A stretch of 64,000 bases of DNA from Candidatus Multivoradales bacterium. Its GTDB lineage: Bacteria; Acidobacteriota; Thermoanaerobaculia; Multivoradales; Multivoraceae. Below, piece by piece: positions 59,347 to 64,000 of the stretch (positions are counted from its first letter, which is position 1; the number at the start of each line of letters is the position of its first letter). The stretch is taken from the NCBI GenBank assembly GCA_965223325.1, contig CBDCWI010000001.1, positions 1,568,001 through 1,632,000 on the forward strand. Reading direction: 5' to 3'. The translations under genes and the position numbers were made by a program. Below the pieces are notes generated by a model. The model saw only the letters and a list, made by a program, of their open reading frames with translations, had not been told where the DNA came from and ran no database searches.

Positions 59347-62300
59347 CTACATATTGCGCCGATACTCGCCACCCACGTCGTAGAGCGACCCCGAGATCTG
59401 CCCCAACGAACAGCTCTTGACGGTTTCGACCAGCTCCTCGAAGACGTTGTCCCGAGCGCGTGCCTTTTCCTGAAGGCGCACGAGCGCTGCCGGCGCCCCC
59501 GATTCATGGCGAGCGTGAAACGCCGCCAGGTTGTCGATCTGAGCGTTCTTCTCCTCGTCGCTCGAACGAATGAGCTCGATCGCCGTCTCGGTCACCGCTT
59601 CCTTGTCGGCCAGGAAGGTGTTGACGCCAACCACCGGCAACGTGCCGTCGTGTTTCTTGGACTCGTACTCGAGGCTTTCGTCCTGGATCTTGCTGCGCTG
59701 GTACATCGTATCCATCGCTCCGAGAACGCCGCCGCGCTCCGAAAGGCGCTCGAACTCCAGGTAGACCGCCTCTTCGACCAGGTCGGTGAGCTCGTCGAGA
59801 ATGAAGGACCCCTGCCACGGATTCTCGTTCTTGTTGAGCCCAAGCTCCTTGTTGATGATGTGCTGGATCGCCAGCGCGCGCCGAACGGACTCTTCGGTTG
59901 GCGTAGTGATCGCCTCGTCGTAAGCGTTGGTGTGCAGGCTGTTGCAGCGATCGAAGATCGCGTAGAGCGCCTGGAGGGTCGTTCGGATGTCGTTGAACTG
60001 GATCTCCTGCGCGTGCAGGCTGCGACCCGAAGTCTGGATGTGGTACTTCAGCATCTGACTGCGCGGCGATGCGCCATAGCATCCACGCATGGCACGCGCC
60101 CAGATGCGACGGGCAACCCGCCCGATGACCGCATACTCAGGGTCCATGCCATTCGAAAAGAAGAAGCTCAGGTTGGGCGCGAAGTCGTCGATCGCCATGC
60201 CACGCGCCAGGTAGTACTCGACGATGGTGAAACCGTTGGCGAGGGTGAAGGCCAGCTGCGAGATCGGGTTCGCCCCGGCCTCGGCGATGTGGTACCCGCT
60301 GACCGAAACGCTGTAGTAGTTACGCACCCCGTGGTCGATGAAGTACTGCTGCACGTCACCCATCACTTTGAGGGCGAACTCGGTCGAAAAGATGCAGGTG
60401 TTCTGTGCCTGATCCTCCTTGAGGATGTCGGCCTGCACCGTGCCGCGAACAACCTTCAGGGTCTCGGTCTTGATCTTGTTGTAGGTCTCGGCATCGACCA
60501 GCTGGTCGCCCGAAACCCCGAGCAAGCGCAGGCCGAGCCCATCGTTACCTGGCGGTAGCTCGCCTTGGTATCGCGGGCGATCTCGATCGCCCCAATGATC
60601 CGCCAACTTCTTCTCGAGCCCATCCTCGCCGAGTCCATCGAGCAGATGACATTCGACCTGTTGATCGATCGCAGCGTTCATGAAGAAGGCCAGGATGGTG
60701 GGCGCCGGACCATTGATGGTCATGGAAACCGAGGTCGTTGGCGCGGTGAGGTCGAAGCCCGAGTAGAGCTTCTTCATGTCATCGACCGTAGCGATCGACA
60801 CTCCGGAGTTGCCGACCTTGCCGAAGATGTCGGGCCGCAGAGCGGGGTCTTCGCCGTAGAGGGTGACGGAGTCGAAGGCGGTCGAGAGACGTTGCGCCGG
60901 CTGGCCCGCCGAAACGTAGTGGAAGCGACGGTTGGTGCGCTCCGGCGTTCCTTCGCCAGCAAACATGCGGGTGGGGTCTTCGCCGGTGCGCTTGTAGGGG
61001 TAGACCCCTGCGGTGTAGGGGTAGGCGCCCGGAAGGTTCTCCTTCATCAAGAAGCGCAGCAGGTCGCCCGGGTCGCTATAGCCCGGTGGAGCGATTTTGG
61101 GAATCTCGAGATGGCTCAGCGTCTCGACCCAGTTGCTACCGGTCACCTCACGCCCACGAACGGTATAAGAGTACTTCTCTCTTCGCACTCCCTCGAGGCG
61201 CTTCGGCCACTTCTCGAGCAACTCGAGCGCCTCCCTGCTGAGCCCGGCGAGAGCTTCCTGATAGCGCTGCCGCAGAAGGTAGCGGGCATCGGGTGAGTCC
61301 CCGGTGAGTTCGGCGCTCGGGTACGAATCGAGCCACTCGGGACGATCCGTGTCTTCGATTTCACCCAGCGCGCGCCACACGGCCCACGCCCGACTCGCGG
61401 CTTCAGCCTGCTTCTCGATCGCCTCTCGCTCCTGGCGTCCGCTGGCCACCAGTTCCGACAGATAGCGCACCCGTTGCGGAGGGATCAGAACTGTGGCCCG
61501 CGGTTCTCGTTCCTCGGCCGCCCCGAGCGATGAACCCACGTCCCACTCGCTTTCCGGCGCACCGACCTTTGAAGCCATCATCCGACACATCTCGCGGAAG
61601 GCATGGTTCAAGCCAGGGTCATGAAACTGACTGGCGATGGTGGGCAGGACGGGAAGCTGGTCGTCGCCGGCGTCGAACTCGTTGTGATTGCGCCGCCACT
61701 GCTTACGCACATCGCGCAGAGCATCTTCCGAACCGCGGCGGTCGAACTTGTTGACCAGCACCATGTCGGCGAGATCGAGCATGTCGATCTTCTCGAGCTG
61801 GCTGGCCGCACCGTACTCGGAAGTCATCACGTAGACCGAGAAGTCGACCAGGTCGACGATCGAACTGTCGCTTTGACCAATGCCGGCCGTCTCGACGACC
61901 ACCAGGTCGTACCCGGCCTGGCGCAGAAAAGCGATCGAGTCGTCGAGTACCGGCGACGTGGCCAGGTTCTGGCGGCGGGTCGCCATCGAACGCATGAACG
62001 TGTCCGGGCTTCTGAGGCTGTTCATGCGAATGCGGTCGCCGAGCAGCGCACCGCCCGTACGCCGGCGCGTGGGGTCGACCGCCAGGACTGCGATGCGTCG
62101 GTCGGGAAACGCCACCAGGAAGCGGTTGAGTATCTCGTCTGTGACACTCGACTTGCCAGCACCCCCCGTACCGGTTATTCCCACGACCGGCGCGACGTCG
62201 CTCTTCTTCCAGCGCTTGCGAAGTTCTTCGAGCCGCTCGGCAGGAACCCTGCCGACTTCGAGCGCGGTCAGGAACGCGGCCACCGCACCAGCGTCTTCGG

Positions 62301-62826
62301 CGGTGGGCACATCTACTGTGGCGCTCTCCGCCGCGGCGCCGCGTTCGTCGCGCGCCCGCCGGGTCCGGTCGACGACATCGACGATCATCTCCACCAGGCC
62401 CATACGCAGACCGTCGTTGGGGTGGTAGAGCCGTTCAACGCCGTAGCCCTCGAGTTCCTTGATCTCCTCCGGCGTGATGGTACCGCCGCCTCCCCCGAAC
62501 ACCCGCACATGCCCAGCTCCTCGCTCACGCAACATGTCGACCATGTAGCGGAAGAACTCGAGATGGCCCCCCTGGTAGGAACTCACCGCAATGGCGTCGG
62601 CATCTTCCTGGATCGCAGCGCGCACAATGTCCTCGACACTGCGGTTGTGGCCGAGATGCACCACCTCTGCACCCTGCTCCTGGATCAACCGGCGCATGAT
62701 GTTGATCGCCGCGTCATGACCGTCGAACAGCGAGGCCGCGGTCACAAAGCGAAGCGGCTGCGCACCCGGATTCTCCCTCGATGACCGATCGGATTGGGCG
62801 GCTGGGCGAGGGCTGGTGGTGGTCAT
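59347..62826 (-). CDS. icmF: Fused isobutyryl-CoA mutase / MeaI GTPase
   Basis: [14 protein letters not shown]12 domain, GTGGAGKSS GTPase, [27 protein letters not shown]. Confidence 0.95.
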   Translation of the reverse strand: MTTTSPRPAAQSDRSSRENPGAQPLRFVTAASLFDGHDAAINIMRRLIQEQGAEVVHLGHNRSVEDIVRAAIQEDADAIAVSSYQGGHLEFFRYMVDMLRERGAGHVRVFGGGGGTITPEEIKELEGYGVERLYHPNDGLRMGLVEMIVDVVDRTRRARDERGAAAESATVDVPTAEDAGAVAAFLTALEVGRVPAERLEELRKRWKKSDVAPVVGITGTGGAGKSSVTDEILNRFLVAFPDRRIAVLAVDPTRRRTGGALLGDRIRMNSLRSPDTFMRSMATRRQNLATSPVLDDSIAFLRQAGYDLVVVETAGIGQSDSSIVDLVDFSVYVMTSEYGAASQLEKIDMLDLADMVLVNKFDRRGSEDALRDVRKQWRRNHNEFDAGDDQLPVLPTIASQFHDPGLNHAFREMCRMMASKVGAPESEWDVGSSLGAAEEREPRATVLIPPQRVRYLSELVASGRQEREAIEKQAEAASRAWAVWRALGEIEDTDRPEWLDSYPSAELTGDSPDARYLLRQRYQEALAGLSREALELLEKWPKRLEGVRREKYSYTVRGREVTGSNWVETLSHLEIPKIAPPGYSDPGDLLRFLMKENLPGAYPYTAGVYPYKRTGEDPTRMFAGEGTPERTNRRFHYVSAGQPAQRLSTAFDSVTLYGEDPALRPDIFGKVGNSGVSIATVDDMKKLYSGFDLTAPTTSVSMTINGPAPTILAFFMNAAIDQQVECHLLDGLGEDGLEKKLADHWGDRDRPRYQGELPPGNDGLGLRLLGVSGDQLVDAETYNKIKTETLKVVRGTVQADILKEDQAQNTCIFSTEFALKVMGDVQQYFIDHGVRNYYSVSVSGYHIAEAGANPISQLAFTLANGFTIVEYYLARGMAIDDFAPNLSFFFSNGMDPEYAVIGRVARRIWARAMRGCYGASPRSQMLKYHIQTSGRSLHAQEIQFNDIRTTLQALYAIFDRCNSLHTNAYDEAITTPTEESVRRALAIQHIINKELGLNKNENPWQGSFILDELTDLVEEAVYLEFERLSERGGVLGAMDTMYQRSKIQDESLEYESKKHDGTLPVVGVNTFLADKEAVTETAIELIRSSDEEKNAQIDNLAAFHARHESGAPAALVRLQEKARARDNVFEELVETVKSCSLGQISGSLYDVGGEYRRNM

Positions 62827-63063
62827 CGGGACTCCATTGCGGCCTCGGCTGAGCGCGGCAGCGCAGAGAATGTGGGCGGGCACCCGGCTCCGGCCCTGGC
62901 GGGTACGGGAGCAGGCGTCGTCTCACCCATGATAACGCTCACGCGCTGGCCGCCGAGGCGTTTCCTGAATCTGAGAGATCGTAGACTCTCGGCCGAAGCT
63001 TCGGCCTCGAACCGCGATCATGAACCACCACCGACCCGACTCATCTCACCCTGGGGCTAGCGC

Positions 63064-64000
63064 TTGAGCCTCGTTCTATCCGCCGGCGCCGCCGCCTGGT
63101 CGCAGGTTCTGCGGGTTACCGTCACGCTGGGGACTTACGTTGTCCTGAGAAGGTACATCGCACCTTCAGAGCTGGGCGTGTGGAACTGGGCAGAGGCGAT
63201 CTTTCTGCTCATCGGCCAGGTGCGCGACCTCGGTCTGCCGGCTGAGATCGCCCGGCGACACAACCCGAAGTACGGCAACTACCTGTTGGTGCTCCTGGTC
63301 TGGAGCACGGTCCTGGCGCTCTCGATCCTTCTCGCGGCACCGCTCCTCGCCATGGCGTTTCGCGAACACGGCCCGGAAACGGTTCGGGTGCTGCGCTTCA
63401 TGTGCATCTTCCTCGTCGTCCAGGGGCTCGGCGTGCTGCCAACCACCTTTCTCGACGTCGAGATGCTGACGATCAGGACGGTGCCGCCCGAGCTGGCGCG
63501 CAACGCCTTCTTCGCCGTCACCTCGATCTATCTTGCCGTCCAGGGCTACGGAGTGTGGAGCATCATCTACGCCCACGTCGGCGCGGCAACCCTCTACACC
63601 CTGGGCGTCTGGTACGCGGCGCGGCGTAACCTGCGTCTTGAAACCGAAACCAGCGAGGTTCCCGGCTTCGTGTGGGCCGGCCTACCGTTGATGGTGCTCT
63701 CCTTCATGGAGCTCGGCGTCGTGAGCGTCGAGGTGCTGGTGCTGGGGCGCCGGTTCCCCGAGGAGGTGGTCGGCTTTGCCGGCCTCGCTCTCCTGGCGAC
63801 GTTCTTCCTCGGGCGACAGATCGCCGACGCCTGCGGGCGACCGCTCTATCCGGCAATGCTTCATGCGGGGGCGCCAGACAAAGCCTTCAGCCTCTACCGG
63901 TCGGCAACGGTGCTGTTTGCCGGCCTCATCGCACCGGCGGCCTTCGGTGTCTACCTGAACGCCGAATTGATCGTCGAAATCCTGGGCGGCGAACGTTGGC
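63064..64000 (+). CDS. Oligosaccharide flippase (Wzx/PST family), truncated by the window end
   Basis: TTG start; MSLVLSAGAAAWSQVLRVTVTLGTYVVLRRYIAPSELG..RDLGL; multiple TM helices; G.GVWSII. Confidence 0.7.
   Translation, partial: MSLVLSAGAAAWSQVLRVTVTLGTYVVLRRYIAPSELGVWNWAEAIFLLIGQVRDLGLPAEIARRHNPKYGNYLLVLLVWSTVLALSILLAAPLLAMAFREHGPETVRVLRFMCIFLVVQGLGVLPTTFLDVEMLTIRTVPPELARNAFFAVTSIYLAVQGYGVWSIIYAHVGAATLYTLGVWYAARRNLRLETETSEVPGFVWAGLPLMVLSFMELGVVSVEVLVLGRRFPEEVVGFAGLALLATFFLGRQIADACGRPLYPAMLHAGAPDKAFSLYRSATVLFAGLIAPAAFGVYLNAELIVEILGGERW

Noticed and set aside
59191-62784. Long antisense or alternate-frame ORFs (e.g. 59191-60558, 61603-62784, 47901-49634, 45111-46526, 54272-55384)
   Set aside because: Shadow ORFs typical of high-GC coding DNA; they overlap well-supported genes and have no recognisable motifs

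Overview
GC-rich bacterial window of about 48 genes. The lineage is probably Acidobacteriota, possibly Thermoanaerobaculia; this is inferred from a 'WFF..N..LFVKVL.GC..NG.WWV' domain and an IFADGFES C-terminal tail. Most genes are metabolic: a form II CoxS-L-M molybdo-flavoenzyme with separated coxD/coxE/xdhC/mocA, ctaA-SCO, SAM-I-riboswitch-controlled metB, pyk with two tandem gap genes, a split glcD-glcE / glcF-ghrB set, manA, frmA-fghA, msrP, cls, icmF and a partial flippase. The most notable accessory elements are as follows. (1) A complete 1,910-nt group II intron (RT/maturase, no endonuclease domain) sits at a defined site in a tandem array of structured 193-bp REP-like units. Its EBS1 pairs perfectly with the repeat site, an empty target remains next door, and its 5' end is non-canonical (GAUACG). 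(2) A secreted S8 protease has its signal peptide put out of frame by a C10A7 tract. It is followed by two tandem, diversified paralogs that resemble stand-alone protease propeptide/inhibitor proteins. (3) A 30-bp head plus an 11-bp-phased GCCCGGG array occurs twice, each time about 10 bp upstream of a putative sigma70 promoter. (4) A GAPDH paralog has its catalytic Cys replaced by Ser. (5) An internally deleted 100-aa malate synthase lies upstream of glcF. All calls come from reading motifs by eye; no database search was run.
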